Shown here: piece after piece, positions 63,931 through 64,000 of the stretch
Position numbering within the stretch: position 1 is the first letter of the stretch
How the letters are laid out: each line of letters opens with the position of its first letter
Assembly (NCBI GenBank): GCA_963747375.1
Contig: CAVVFL010000016.1
Coordinates: forward strand, 75,136-139,135
From: Ilumatobacteraceae bacterium
GTDB lineage: Bacteria > Actinomycetota > Acidimicrobiia > Acidimicrobiales > Ilumatobacteraceae
Direction of reading: 5' to 3'
Length of the DNA: 64,000 nucleotides
Translations under genes and position numbers: made by a program
The notes under the pieces: generated by a model
Told to the model about the DNA's origin: nothing
The model's input: only the letters and a program-made list of their open reading frames with translations
Databases searched by the model: none

Positions 63931-64000
63931 TCAGTTGGAGGCCGCAGCGTCCTTCACGGCGTCGGCCGCGTCGGCGACAGCGTCAGCTGCATCGTCAGCG
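63931..64000 (-). CDS. 3' end of an Ala/Asp-rich protein (partial; the rest lies outside the window)
   Basis: The minus strand reads ...ADDAADAVADAADAVKDAAASN* with its stop at 63931-63933. Only 23 codons are visible. Confidence 0.25.
   Translation of the reverse strand, partial: ADDAADAVADAADAVKDAAASN

Overview
High-GC chromosomal segment that looks actinobacterial: it carries a mycothiol-type DinB enzyme, PAC2, WS/DGAT, an LLM oxidoreductase, actinobacterial-type serC and an ilvB with a Pro/His-rich N-terminal extension. I count about 60 protein genes. I recognised no rRNA, tRNA, CRISPR array, transposase or integrase.

Recognisable content, in order:
- FeS-BCP photolyase, ino1, folD
- ilvB-ilvN-ilvC with a candidate leader-peptide attenuator
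- metY, serC, an aspartate aminotransferase
- cobT/cobO, divergent from a cobalamin-riboswitch-controlled btuFCD-like importer
- gnd-zwf
- a TPP-riboswitch-controlled thiN-thiB-thiP-thiQ salvage operon
- a rhodanese/TauE pair, an amine-catabolism-like cluster, trxC
- a neutral-lipid cluster (HAD-PlsC fusion, WS/DGAT, Zn-ADH, MOSC)
- a secreted S1C protease

Main observations:
1. About 40 reading-frame breaks fall in 27 otherwise conserved genes. Nearly all fit single-base insertions, with two dense hot spots. This points to a technical error process rather than biology, and it wrecks naive ORF calling.
2. Three families of long palindromic intergenic repeats sit directly after stop codons, each flanked by a C-rich arm and a G-rich arm. 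One family brackets a stand-alone cNMP-binding gene.
3. Candidates for uncharacterised biology:
   - a tightly coupled catalase-related / unknown / DyP-peroxidase array followed after 7 nt by a cyclase-AAA-TPR protein
   - a WXG-motif 92-aa protein paired with an intact 570-aa orphan protein
   - a lipoprotein fusing a solute-binding domain, peptidoglycan-binding domains and a fasciclin domain
   - a CHAD-then-CYTH (reversed order) locus

All calls rest on reading the six-frame translations and the DNA by eye. No database search was run.
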